A DNA stretch of 42,023 nucleotides from IMG/VR virus record IMGVR_UViG_3300045988_159123, positions 1 through 42,023 of that record. One strand, written 5' to 3'. Shown here in pieces: positions 1-8,706 of this stretch. The notes under the pieces are model-generated. The model had not been told where the DNA came from. It saw only the letters and a list, made by a program, of their open reading frames with translations, and ran no database searches. The DNA is from a virus. Each line of letters opens with the position of its first letter. Position 1 is the first letter of the stretch. A program made the position numbers and the translations under genes.

Positions 1-99
1 GTGTGTGTGTGTGTGTGTGTGTACAGCGCCAAGGCTTACATGACTTGCTATCATATTTTTTCTCCTTATTTTTTGTATTCTATTTTATCTGCAAAAAAA
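1..99. repeat. Terminal redundancy, identical to 41925-42023 (circular-assembly overlap)
   Basis: The string (gt)11-acagcgccaaggcttacatgacttgctatcat...atctgcaaaaaaa is present at both window ends. Gene order is continuous across the junction. Confidence 0.9.
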
Positions 100-668
100 C
101 CGATTTTATTAAATAAGTCTTCGATTTCATGATCTTCCATGGTTCTAGCTAATTCAGTTACATCAACCAGCATAGGCTCTTTCATATAACCTTTGCCGTT
201 TTTATCAGAAAAACTAGCAACCATGTTGTAGAACAATCTGTATTGTGTTGTTATATCTCTAAAAATATGTGCTATAGTTATTTCGTTAGGACCATTTTGT
301 CCAAAACTATCAGTTAAATTCGGCGAATTTAATTGCTGTTGCCATTGATAAAAAACATCTTCGCTACCTTTAAAAGTAACTCTTCCATAGTAACTATGAC
401 CTTCTATTAGTTCTTTTGTAAATTGAACAATCATAGAAGTTTTAGTGTTGCTCATATCCATCTTGATCCATGAAACGTATCCATCTTCAATTTCATCTTG
501 TACAACCATATTTACAAATTTCTTAAAGCCTTCTGTTCCAAATCTAAAATCAGCATTATAAATAATGTTTTCTAGAATCAAAGATTTATTTTTTTTGTAA
601 ACAATTCGATTATTTAATTTAGCTTCTTCTATTTCTTTATTATTTACTTTCATATCTTTAACTTTCAC
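66..668 (-). CDS. Receptor-binding/tail-fibre-type protein, paralogue A (short conserved N-terminal anchor plus a distinct C-terminal head)
   Basis: GTG start overlaps the upstream TAG stop. The N-terminus KDMKVNNKEIEEAKLNNRIVYKK resembles IKDMRINGRTVVEAKINNKIVYRK of 41082..41891. It lies at the end of the tail module. Confidence 0.55.
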   Translation of the reverse strand: MKVKDMKVNNKEIEEAKLNNRIVYKKNKSLILENIIYNADFRFGTEGFKKFVNMVVQDEIEDGYVSWIKMDMSNTKTSMIVQFTKELIEGHSYYGRVTFKGSEDVFYQWQQQLNSPNLTDSFGQNGPNEITIAHIFRDITTQYRLFYNMVASFSDKNGKGYMKEPMLVDVTELARTMEDHEIEDLFNKIGFFADKIEYKK

Positions 669-829
669 TATTCTTCCACCTTTAAATATAAGACACCTGT
701 TTCTTCTATTTCTGGATATTCTGTAACTATTTTTATTTCTCGAATTTCGGTTGCTAAAACTACTCGTTGTTTTAGTTTTTCATCATAACGCGCTAGTCCA
801 CTTTTATCTAAAAAATTATTTTCTGCCAT
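668..829 (-). CDS. Small fibre-associated protein (53 aa, not in ORF track)
   Basis: ATG at 829. Translation MAENNFLDKSGLARYDEKLKQRVVLATEIREIKIVTEYPEIEETGVLYLKVEE. It shares the FLDKxGL N-terminal motif with the upstream gene 841..1467, and its stop overlaps the next start. Confidence 0.5.
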   Translation of the reverse strand: MAENNFLDKSGLARYDEKLKQRVVLATEIREIKIVTEYPEIEETGVLYLKVEE

Positions 830-840
830 TTTATCAACTC

Positions 841-1467
841 CTAGCTAGCAACAATGTCGTCTATCTCTGAATTTTCAATAGGTTTAAGCTCTTCTTTTGA
901 ATAATACCCACTTAAATCAATATCTATTCCCAAAGGATCCCACACTGTTCCGTTCCATGCAACATTCATGCCTGTATCTTCTAAGTTATATGTATCACCT
1001 ATTTCAGCAGAATCAGGCAATGCCTCTTCGTTAGCAACTGTTCCTTTATATCTATAAACGGTTGACACTTTATTATTTACATATTCTTCTGTTGCTAATC
1101 CTTCTTTAGCTTTATTTATTGCTTGCTGTACGTCCCCAGAGGTTTGATATCCTGAATCGTTTGTAAATTGAGATACATTTGTTGGTTTATTCTGAACGTT
1201 CTCCCAATCTACACTATCTGCTTCTCCACCACCTGTAGCATTTAGTGTTCCGTCTGGCTCTACTTCTAGACCAGTTCCTGGTTTAACACCTCCAATAGTT
1301 GATGAAGTCGCTGCTGGCAATGTGTAATTATTTAAACTTTTTAATTTTTCTTCATATGCACTAGTAAAGTTTTTATCACTTAATACTTTATTTCCATCTT
1401 TTTTTACAAAAAGGCTAGTAATTTTTTGCCATAAATACAATAATCCTTCTTTATCTAAAAACGCCAT
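841..1467 (-). CDS. Tail fibre protein
   Basis: N-terminus MAFLDKEGLLYLWQKI. Contains the motifs TIGGVKPG and VDWENVQNKPT and a C-terminal LKPIENSEIDDI, all typical of Firmicute phage fibre proteins. Sits in the tail module. Confidence 0.6.
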   Translation of the reverse strand: MAFLDKEGLLYLWQKITSLFVKKDGNKVLSDKNFTSAYEEKLKSLNNYTLPAATSSTIGGVKPGTGLEVEPDGTLNATGGGEADSVDWENVQNKPTNVSQFTNDSGYQTSGDVQQAINKAKEGLATEEYVNNKVSTVYRYKGTVANEEALPDSAEIGDTYNLEDTGMNVAWNGTVWDPLGIDIDLSGYYSKEELKPIENSEIDDIVAS

Positions 1468-1479
1468 ATATTTTTCCTC

Positions 1480-1722
1480 CTATATAAAATTTTTAATCAT
1501 TTCTTCTATTTCAGAATTTTTAATTTTTTCCATTTTCCCTTGTAAACCTAATTGTTCACTAGTTTTATTATCTTTTAATTCAATATTATTTATTTTAGGC
1601 TTATTCTCTAAATTGTTATAATTAGTAGTACTACCAATATTTTCTATTCCATAACCTAATTTACCTGTTATGTTCACTTTGGATTTAATTGTTGTATGTA
1701 AAGAGCATCTTTCGTTACACAT
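1480..1722 (-). CDS. Small tail-fibre-associated protein
   Basis: Contains YNNLENKPKINNIELKD. Its C-terminus IKNSEIEEMI echoes the C-terminus of 841..1467. Confidence 0.45.
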   Translation of the reverse strand: MCNERCSLHTTIKSKVNITGKLGYGIENIGSTTNYNNLENKPKINNIELKDNKTSEQLGLQGKMEKIKNSEIEEMIKNFI

Positions 1723-2044
1723 TTGGTATCACCCTTTCCACACTAAATTTATTTGTTTTTATGATCGGAAATATATCTCCGTTTTTTAATTTTATTGTTA
1801 TTCCATAAAAATAACAGCCGTAGTCTAGTTGTTCCGTGTCTTCTGGATTTATTTTAATTTCTACATTGTTTGCTTGCTTATCTATGTGTACTTCTTTTCT
1901 TATTAATTCATTTTTTTCACAAGCATTTTTCTTTACTGCAAATATTATTGTATCTCCAATCTGTAGTATATAATCATCTATTATTAACTCTATTATTCCT
2001 GTTGTTCTTCGCTCTAAATAAATAGTTTCATCTATAATTAACAT
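1715..2044 (-). CDS. Hypothetical structural protein
   Basis: Tightly packed ORF inside the fibre cluster. No recognisable motif. Confidence 0.4.
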   Translation of the reverse strand: MLIIDETIYLERRTTGIIELIIDDYILQIGDTIIFAVKKNACEKNELIRKEVHIDKQANNVEIKINPEDTEQLDYGCYFYGITIKLKNGDIFPIIKTNKFSVERVIPNV

Positions 2045-2056
2045 TGTTAATCTCCT

Positions 2057-2806
2057 TTAAATTAATTTAAATTCAATACTTGCTTCATTTCCACTCATAT
2101 CTTTTAAAATTAAAATATTGTTACCTTCTTTACAGCCTTTAAATTCTTTTGTAATATTATTAATATCTCCCCATTGACTTTGTGAAACAGTTCCGCCATT
2201 TACTCCATTTACTGTATATCCAGCCAAAGCAACATTGTCATAAATCTTAAAACTTATCTTACTGTAGCCGTTTGTAGCATCTCCGACAGTTTCGTTTTCT
2301 CCGTCTTTTATTGTTATGTCTGGATCTATATCGTCAAATATTACATATTCATGAGCTGAATTATTTATATCTGCATTTGTTAGTTTAACACCAACATTTC
2401 CTGCAGTATCAGCATATCCATAAACTTCAAGCTGAATTTCGCCTACATCTAAACCTAAATATTCTGTTAAATCACAATCTGCATAATATGCAGATAAGCC
2501 GTTAGTGGAACTTAAAGGCCTATATGTAGCAACAAATTCTTTGTTTGCAATTTTTACTTTAGGCTCAACTGCTAATTGTTCTGAAAAATATATAAGAACT
2601 CGAACGCTATCTCCAATTTTTGCATAATGTGTATCTCTAGTTTCTCCAGCATTATTGTTTCTAACAATTCCAAGCGAATTGTAAACAGGAGCTACTGCAT
2701 CTCCTTCTCGTTTAAATACAATTTCTCCATTTTTGGCAAATCCATTAACTTTACTTCCGTTTATATAAAAATTATTTACTTTTGTTCCATTTATTACTGT
2801 TCCCAT
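2057..2806 (-). CDS. Receptor-binding/tail-fibre-type protein, paralogue B with Ig-like domain
   Basis: The preferred start is ATG 2806, with RBS AGGTG just after the stop of the upstream gene. The N-terminus is MGTVINGTKVNNFYINGSKVNGFAKNGEIVFKRE. The central Ig-like segment (EVYGYADTAGNVG) parallels KIYGYADLDGNIG in 41082..41891. Confidence 0.55.
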   Translation of the reverse strand: MGTVINGTKVNNFYINGSKVNGFAKNGEIVFKREGDAVAPVYNSLGIVRNNNAGETRDTHYAKIGDSVRVLIYFSEQLAVEPKVKIANKEFVATYRPLSSTNGLSAYYADCDLTEYLGLDVGEIQLEVYGYADTAGNVGVKLTNADINNSAHEYVIFDDIDPDITIKDGENETVGDATNGYSKISFKIYDNVALAGYTVNGVNGGTVSQSQWGDINNITKEFKGCKEGNNILILKDMSGNEASIEFKLI

Positions 2807-2814
2807 TTTAACAC

Positions 2815-3084
2815 CTACCAATAATAAATATTATTAGGATTTGCTGCACTTTGAGATATTGCGGTTTGTTCATCTGTTACTTTTACACAATTTATACTTG
2901 TTCCTGCTGGACCAGCTGGACCTTGTTGTCCATCTTGTCCATTTTCACCTTTATCGCCTTTGAATTTTGCTCTTGCATTCGCTACTGTAATTCTTTTAGT
3001 TTCGGAATTTTGAACAATTGGAAAAATGTCATTATCTTGTAATTGAGTAGCTTCAGTTAATTCAGTTATTTTTTTATCTGCCAT
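2815..3084 (-). CDS. Collagen-like repeat tail fibre protein
   Basis: Gly-X-Y run GDKGENGQDGQQGPAGPAGT. Lies in the fibre cluster. Confidence 0.65.
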   Translation of the reverse strand: MADKKITELTEATQLQDNDIFPIVQNSETKRITVANARAKFKGDKGENGQDGQQGPAGPAGTSINCVKVTDEQTAISQSAANPNNIYYW

Positions 3085-3095
3085 ATTTTTCTCCT

Positions 3096-3281
3096 TTATT
3101 CTAAAACTAATTTTTCATTATTTTCTGTATTTAAAACATTATTATCTTCTGTTAATATTCTAGAAGTTCCTATAACTTTTATTTTCAACTTAAATTTAGA
3201 GTTTGTATAAATTTTAGAAGGCTCTATATTTATTGATTCGAAAAAAATATCTCTTTCTTCCATTAAATACACTTCCTCCAT
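3096..3281 (-). CDS. Hypothetical small structural protein
   Basis: Packed ORF overlapping its upstream neighbour by 19 nt. Confidence 0.35.
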   Translation of the reverse strand: MEEVYLMEERDIFFESINIEPSKIYTNSKFKLKIKVIGTSRILTEDNNVLNTENNEKLVLE

Positions 3282-4354
3282 TTTCCATCTTTTTTAATTA
3301 CAAAAACTGCTTTTTTTGGTGTTGCATCTGCTATGTAATATATTACTTTTGCTCTTTTACTTGTTTTGTCTTGAGTATAATAATGTGCTGTTAATTGATT
3401 ACCGTTAAATGTACATTGTACTTTTTTTGAGATTGACCAATCTTGATACTCATTATTTGTTATTAATATAAATTCTACAGTTGTTTTATTAAAACTAGTT
3501 AAAGCTTTGTACAACTTGTCTAAATCATCTTGTGTAAAAGTAAATACTAAATTGTTTGATTCTAAAGCTCTACGTTCTACAATTACATTTTCTCCAACTT
3601 TAATAGTAAGATAATTCCACCAGTTTGATTCATTTGTCTTTGTTATATTAACAACATCTCCAAAAAAGAAATCGCTTAGATTGGTAAATCTAGCGATATC
3701 TAATGTTCTTACGTTGTATACAGAAGAATAACTATCTATTCCATTAACTGTGGCCTTTAATTGTATTGAATAATTTGTGTTAGGAGTTAGTCCTTGCACT
3801 GCAAACGTTGCTTCTTTATTCCAGTTTCCCCAATAAGGATTAATATTTTGCCAAGCTCCATTATTTACTTTATATTGTATTGCATCTACTGTTTTATCTA
3901 AATTATAATAAACATCAAAATGTTCTAATGTTGTATTTTGTATGTCAACAGATGCAAAATTTGCTTGTCTAGCAATTTGTGTAAGCCATACAGTTTGTTT
4001 AGCTTCACCCCAAAGCGGTCCATAACCAGATCCACTAGGTAAATCTCCAGATGCTGCAATTTCAATACTTAAGCTTCCGTCCCAATTATGTCCGATGTTA
4101 TCTACTGTAGCACTTACAAGTTGTACAACGGCACCTGGGCTTAAGCTTATATTTAATGTATTACTAAACTCTCTTCCTGCAATCCACAATCTTTGTGTTT
4201 TATTGTTTGCCCATGAAGTATGTTTACACCTTATGTATGAAGTAGCTCTTACAGAAGAAGTATTAGCTTGTTGATTTATATTAAATTCTTCCCATTCAAT
4301 ATAGTATTCGTAAGCTTCATTGTGCTGTGTTACATAACCGTTTATTCTAGCCAT
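3263..4354 (-). CDS. Minor structural protein (DUF859-like siphovirus protein with FN3-like segment)
   Basis: The N-terminus MARINGYVTQHNEAYEYYIEWEE...QQANTSSV and the segment LTPNTNYSIQLKATVNG recall the DUF859 family. This comes from memory only. Confidence 0.45.
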   Translation of the reverse strand: MARINGYVTQHNEAYEYYIEWEEFNINQQANTSSVRATSYIRCKHTSWANNKTQRLWIAGREFSNTLNISLSPGAVVQLVSATVDNIGHNWDGSLSIEIAASGDLPSGSGYGPLWGEAKQTVWLTQIARQANFASVDIQNTTLEHFDVYYNLDKTVDAIQYKVNNGAWQNINPYWGNWNKEATFAVQGLTPNTNYSIQLKATVNGIDSYSSVYNVRTLDIARFTNLSDFFFGDVVNITKTNESNWWNYLTIKVGENVIVERRALESNNLVFTFTQDDLDKLYKALTSFNKTTVEFILITNNEYQDWSISKKVQCTFNGNQLTAHYYTQDKTSKRAKVIYYIADATPKKAVFVIKKDGKWRKCI

Positions 4355-4363
4355 TTAAGCCTC

Positions 4364-5002
4364 CTAATCAAAATAAACCAAGCCGATATCTCCCTCTTTT
4401 CCTTGAGAATCGTCGGCTTGGTTATGAAATATTTTTAATCTAGAATTTAAGAAATAAGCACTACCATCTTCTACTTTAGCTAATAATTCTTCCAATTCTG
4501 TTAACTTTATATTCCACTCTTGTTCTATAAAGTCCCATATCGTATCAAAATCTAAAAATGTCCTTCTATCTTGAAAATCTGTAATACCACTTGAAGAAGT
4601 TCTAAATCTAGCTAATTCATATTGATATGTTCCAGCATTATTTTTAACTATGTTATTTTGTGTTAATACTGGATAATTGCTAGCATTTTTAATTATTTTA
4701 TAGTCTGCCTGCAAGAAACTGCCTGATGTATTAACTGCATCTAAATTTATTTCTAAAACTAACGAACAATATTGACTATCTGTATCTGTTACAATATCTC
4801 TACCAGAATCTTCTTCTAAAAATCTTCCTTGTATGCAGATAGCCCCAGAAGCGATATGTATATTACTTCCAGTTGTTGTTATTTCCATTCCTTCTTTATA
4901 ATTATTGCTAACTCCATTTCTTCCGTGTAAGAAAGTATTAATAAAAAGAGCAAATATTTGATTTCCAAATATCTGCTCCGAAAAAACATGTCCTTTTAAC
5001 AT
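4364..5002 (-). CDS. Baseplate/tail-fibre-associated protein
   Basis: Lies directly downstream of the Tal-like gene. No diagnostic motif. Confidence 0.4.
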   Translation of the reverse strand: MLKGHVFSEQIFGNQIFALFINTFLHGRNGVSNNYKEGMEITTTGSNIHIASGAICIQGRFLEEDSGRDIVTDTDSQYCSLVLEINLDAVNTSGSFLQADYKIIKNASNYPVLTQNNIVKNNAGTYQYELARFRTSSSGITDFQDRRTFLDFDTIWDFIEQEWNIKLTELEELLAKVEDGSAYFLNSRLKIFHNQADDSQGKEGDIGLVYFD

Positions 5003-6696
5003 TACTTATTTTTCCTTTCCTTTTTTAGTTTATCTATAAAGCTTATTCTTATATTTCCACAAGTATATTTATACATTTTGCTTCCTTTTTGTTTAGTAAC
5101 TGCAGAAATATATGTATCATAAATCAAAGATTCTTTTGTCTTAATCGTTATCGGTGTTCCGACTTTAATTTCTCTATCGTAATAATCGAATGTAACATTG
5201 TGATTATATGCATTTCCTTTGAATGTATCTAAAGCTTTTTGTTTTGCATCTTCTACGTTTTCTGCATACACTACTTCTGTTTTCCCTTCTGCTCTATTTT
5301 CATCTAACATATCTTCTGTCGTTGTTCTATCTGTTTTTAGATATAATGTATATCTACTACCGTCTTTTGCTATTACTACTACTTTAGAAACTACGTCTAT
5401 TTCAAAAACTTCTGTATAATTAGAAATTGGTTGAGCGTTTACATCTATTAACTCTTTTTTTATTTCTTTATTTTCTATTTCAATTACTAGCTTTTTATTT
5501 TCTAAAAAGACGTTATATGTAATATTGTAATTTTGAGTACAATTTGTCATGAATGTATGCAAATTGTATATATCGTTTTGAACATCTACTATTGTAGAAA
5601 CAGACACATCTAATTTAGTATGTGTTTTTACTCTAATTTCTAAGTAATCTCGATTCATTAATATATCTTCATTATTAACAAAATTCTTATTAATTTGTTC
5701 TGCTATATAATCCTCTATTCCTTCATATCTTATAAGTTCTTCATCAATTTTTTCTAATATCCATAATTGTTGCTGTCCGTTTTCTACATATTCCCATATT
5801 TGTATATTCCCACCATTAGAAGTGTTACTATTTTGTAAATCAATAACGTAATTAGTATTAGCCAAATATATTGAATAAGAATTATTATCTCTTTTTGTGA
5901 ATGTCCATTTTTGAGCTACATTATCTGTATCGCCCCACATCTGTACATTAGTACCATTTTCAAATACGGCTCCTTGTACATCTGCTACCATTCCAGAACC
6001 AACATTAATTATTTTATATGTTCCATCTGCTCTTTTAGTTATTTTAAATTTTTGTGCATTTGTGTTATTGTTTTCATATACTTGTAAATTTGCTCCTGCT
6101 TCTAATGAACCATTTAATACATCAAATACGAAATTATAATTTAGTTTACTATGTATTCTGTAATATCCTTCTTCTATTTCATTTGTAGTTAATATATTCT
6201 GATTCAAAATGACGTTCTGATTAAACACATTAGTAATATATTTAATAATATATTGATATAGTTTAGATCCATTTTCGTTTTGTATCTCTTGAATAATTCC
6301 CCAGTATTTTATTTCTTCATTTTCTTTTATCATTACTATGTCATTTGCTTTTGCTGTTGTTTTCTTTAATACATTTACTGTAGTATTTGCATTTGTTTCT
6401 TCATCTATATTAATCTCGTAATTAGATAATTCAACAATGTCTTTAACGCTAAAGTCTTTATAGTCGAAGATATACATATATGTATCGTCTGTTGTTATTT
6501 TTATTTTTTCTTGCTTTAAAACTCTAATATCTATATCTGTTGTATTTGTTGTATCTCCATCTACGCAAGAAATTTGTGCGTTATATATTCCACCAGTTGC
6601 AGGTGCAGTTAGCTCTACTTCATATTCATCAGTCGTTTCGTTATATGTTGCATTATACAATTTATTATTAAATTTAACTGTTACAATTCTTGCCAT
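5002..6696 (-). CDS. Tail-associated (Tal-like) baseplate protein with internal ricin-type beta-trefoil lectin domain
   Basis: Lies immediately after Dit. Residues about 178-316 contain three QxW-type repeats: AQKFKI, AQKWTF and QQQLWIL. Confidence 0.6.
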   Translation of the reverse strand: MARIVTVKFNNKLYNATYNETTDEYEVELTAPATGGIYNAQISCVDGDTTNTTDIDIRVLKQEKIKITTDDTYMYIFDYKDFSVKDIVELSNYEINIDEETNANTTVNVLKKTTAKANDIVMIKENEEIKYWGIIQEIQNENGSKLYQYIIKYITNVFNQNVILNQNILTTNEIEEGYYRIHSKLNYNFVFDVLNGSLEAGANLQVYENNNTNAQKFKITKRADGTYKIINVGSGMVADVQGAVFENGTNVQMWGDTDNVAQKWTFTKRDNNSYSIYLANTNYVIDLQNSNTSNGGNIQIWEYVENGQQQLWILEKIDEELIRYEGIEDYIAEQINKNFVNNEDILMNRDYLEIRVKTHTKLDVSVSTIVDVQNDIYNLHTFMTNCTQNYNITYNVFLENKKLVIEIENKEIKKELIDVNAQPISNYTEVFEIDVVSKVVVIAKDGSRYTLYLKTDRTTTEDMLDENRAEGKTEVVYAENVEDAKQKALDTFKGNAYNHNVTFDYYDREIKVGTPITIKTKESLIYDTYISAVTKQKGSKMYKYTCGNIRISFIDKLKKERKNK

Positions 6697-6698
6697 AT

Positions 6699-7556
6699 CT
6701 AAACCACCTTGTAATATGCATAAACACTAACTTCTGCATTTAATATTTCGTTATCTGCCGACATAATTAGTTCACAAGATTTTCCTTTTGGAAATTTAAT
6801 AACATTATTGTTTGAAGGATCTATATTGTCTAATTCGAATAAGTCTGTATAAGTTCCATCTGTATTTTCTTTTCTAATATAGAAATTATTTTCTTGTGTA
6901 CAATATTCAAACGTTTCATATTCTTTTAAATCTACATTTACTACTACTTCTTGATATACTTGTCCTTCAACTTTTAGAGTCAGTGTCGGATTTTCAACTG
7001 GACCCTTAATTTTAATTAAAACTGGAGCTGGCACATGACCTTGGTTAATGTATTCTAATGTTCTATTGTTATAATCAACAAACTTGCTATCCCATTCAAA
7101 GTCCCATCTAATTTCGTTAGCTTGTGCAGAAGTAGAATATATAGTTTTATTTTCCTCATACCATAGACTCAAACAGTCAAATGTAACTGGACATTTTAAT
7201 ATTCCATCTGTGTCCATTTGTCCTTTGCCAATGCTTTGAATGTTTATATCTTTTAAATATTCTTTAATTGGAAGATTTTTATACGGTATTTTGTATCCAA
7301 ACCTTAATTTTTCAGAACTTTCTATATAATCTACAAAGCTCTTACAATTATCATAGCAGCTAAAATTAGCTGTTCCAATTATTTGTCCTTGCTGAACATT
7401 TCTAAGAGTTTCAAAAAAAGAATTTCCTACTTGTTCATATGTAGTATTATAAGAATATCCTAATCCATCGGGTTCGGATAAAAAACAGGAATTATATAAA
7501 TCCATTAAGTTAAATTCTTGTCCTTTTTCATTTATAAGTCTAAATTGTCTTACCAT
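6699..7556 (-). CDS. Distal tail protein (Dit)
   Basis: 285 aa. First gene of the baseplate block after the tape measure region, as in the canonical siphovirus order TMP-Dit-Tal. Confidence 0.6.
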   Translation of the reverse strand: MVRQFRLINEKGQEFNLMDLYNSCFLSEPDGLGYSYNTTYEQVGNSFFETLRNVQQGQIIGTANFSCYDNCKSFVDYIESSEKLRFGYKIPYKNLPIKEYLKDINIQSIGKGQMDTDGILKCPVTFDCLSLWYEENKTIYSTSAQANEIRWDFEWDSKFVDYNNRTLEYINQGHVPAPVLIKIKGPVENPTLTLKVEGQVYQEVVVNVDLKEYETFEYCTQENNFYIRKENTDGTYTDLFELDNIDPSNNNVIKFPKGKSCELIMSADNEILNAEVSVYAYYKVV

Positions 7557-7576
7557 TTTTTCCTCCAGTTAAGAAT

Positions 7577-7602
7577 AAAAAAAGAACAGTTTAAAACTGC
7601 TC
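7577..7602 (-). terminator. Rho-independent terminator (minus strand)
   Basis: The minus-strand RNA gagcaguuuuaaacuguuc forms an 8-bp stem with one G-U pair, followed by U7, just upstream of the Dit RBS. Confidence 0.6.
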
Positions 7603-7636
7603 TTCTATCGTATTTTTAAAGCATATAATTAGTCTA

Positions 7637-7685
7637 ATAAAAAAATAAAATGGCTTAAAATCTATTCTCGTAAGCCGCTTTTTTG
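7637..7685. terminator. Bidirectional terminator hairpin immediately after the moron stop codon
   Basis: GGCTTA (7652-7657) pairs with TAAGCC (7671-7676). The hairpin is flanked by T-rich runs on both strands. Confidence 0.5.
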
Positions 7686-7691
7686 ATGCTT

Positions 7692-8657
7692 TTAATTTAT
7701 TTCTATATATTTTCCTTTTATATAAGGTAATGTAACAGAAGCACCTATTGTACTTGTATAAGTATATTCTCCGTCAGAAGTTCCATATATTGTTATTATA
7801 TCATCTTCTAAAATTTTATCTTCGCCTTCTTCTGGAGTATATGTAACATATATTGTATCTGTATAATATGTAGTATAATTTCCTTCTTTTGTAATATTTA
7901 CTCTTAAACTAACACTACCATAGCCATAAAGTGCTTGAATTACTTCTCCAGTAACTTTAACGTTTGTTCCTTTGAAGTTATCTGGATTCCTTGCCATTTG
8001 TTCAAACGTGTATGTTTGACAACTAGATTTAAAATCTTTTTCTTCTTGTTCTTTTGCTATTCTTTCTTGTTCTTCTTTATTCTTTTTTTCTTCATTTACT
8101 ATTTTTGAAAAAGCTACATTTAAATCGTTTTGTACATCATTTACATATTTTAACTCTAATTTACTATTTGTACAACCAGCTAAATCATATTCGCTTTTAA
8201 GTTCGCACACTAAATTTTGCTCATTCTTTGTTACTTTGTATTCATATCTATCAATATTGTGTTCATCTCGTATTAAAAAATAATAAGCTCCATTGTCTGT
8301 TTCGTTATATCCACAAATTCCTTCATACTCGATAGGTGTTGTCGAAGTATTAAATTGACTTGATCTATTATATTTTATCTTACATACTCCGTTTTCAAAT
8401 TCTATAGCACCAGTTGCATTATAAGTATATCCTGCTCCATTGTCACTATCTAAAATAAAAGTATATATTCCATCATAATCTTGAGTTGCTTGATATTTTT
8501 TTTCTTCTGTTTTATTTGAATCTGTTAAATTATTCTCTACTATATTGTTGTCTAAATTTTCATTTTTTTGTTGTCCAAAAATCAATGCAATAATTATTAT
8601 GATTACAAATATTATCCAAAACCACTTCTTTTCATAAAATTTCTTTTCTTGTTCCAT
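7692..8657 (-). CDS. Membrane-anchored extracytoplasmic protein (moron; superinfection-exclusion candidate)
   Basis: Single N-terminal TM segment (WFWIIFVIIIIIALIFG), a coiled-coil middle, and a beta-rich C-terminal domain. It has its own promoter and terminators and is inserted between TMP and Dit. Confidence 0.6.
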   Translation of the reverse strand: MEQEKKFYEKKWFWIIFVIIIIIALIFGQQKNENLDNNIVENNLTDSNKTEEKKYQATQDYDGIYTFILDSDNGAGYTYNATGAIEFENGVCKIKYNRSSQFNTSTTPIEYEGICGYNETDNGAYYFLIRDEHNIDRYEYKVTKNEQNLVCELKSEYDLAGCTNSKLELKYVNDVQNDLNVAFSKIVNEEKKNKEEQERIAKEQEEKDFKSSCQTYTFEQMARNPDNFKGTNVKVTGEVIQALYGYGSVSLRVNITKEGNYTTYYTDTIYVTYTPEEGEDKILEDDIITIYGTSDGEYTYTSTIGASVTLPYIKGKYIEIN

Positions 8658-8675
8658 ACAATCCCCTCCGAAGGA

Positions 8676-8704
8676 ATTATATACAACTTTAAGTTATTTG
8701 TAAA
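8676..8704 (-). promoter_or_regulatory. Near-consensus sigma-A-type promoter for the moron
   Basis: The minus strand reads TTTACA (8704-8699), a 17-nt spacer, then TATAAT (8681-8676), followed by RBS GGAGGGG and ATG 8657. Confidence 0.6.
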
Positions 8705-8706
8705 GT

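Noticed and set aside
1-99. Interpreting the end repeat as biological direct terminal repeats
   Set aside because: The HNH/P27-TerS/HK97 module points to cos packaging with a site near 20.0 kb. The repeat also falls in the middle of the fibre gene cluster, so an assembly overlap is the simpler explanation.
2627-3042. Plus-strand ORFs 2627..2824 and 2851..3042, and similar ones elsewhere (5219..5419, 9093..9407, 10238..10498, 11585..11878, 14341..15536, 17944..19574, 20179..21005, 21719..22236, 26065..26970, 27874..28275, 28961..29188, 29493..29675, 30038..30631, 32392..32640, 37951..38211, 41287..41766)
   Set aside because: They lie antisense to well-supported minus-strand genes and lack RBSs. 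They translate to low-complexity Phe/Leu/Ser/Ile-rich strings, as expected from the antisense of AT-rich coding DNA.
2815-3084. Diversity-generating retroelement targeting the fibre genes
   Set aside because: There is no reverse transcriptase ORF and no template/variable repeat pair. The paralogy among fibre genes is at the level of divergent protein modules only.
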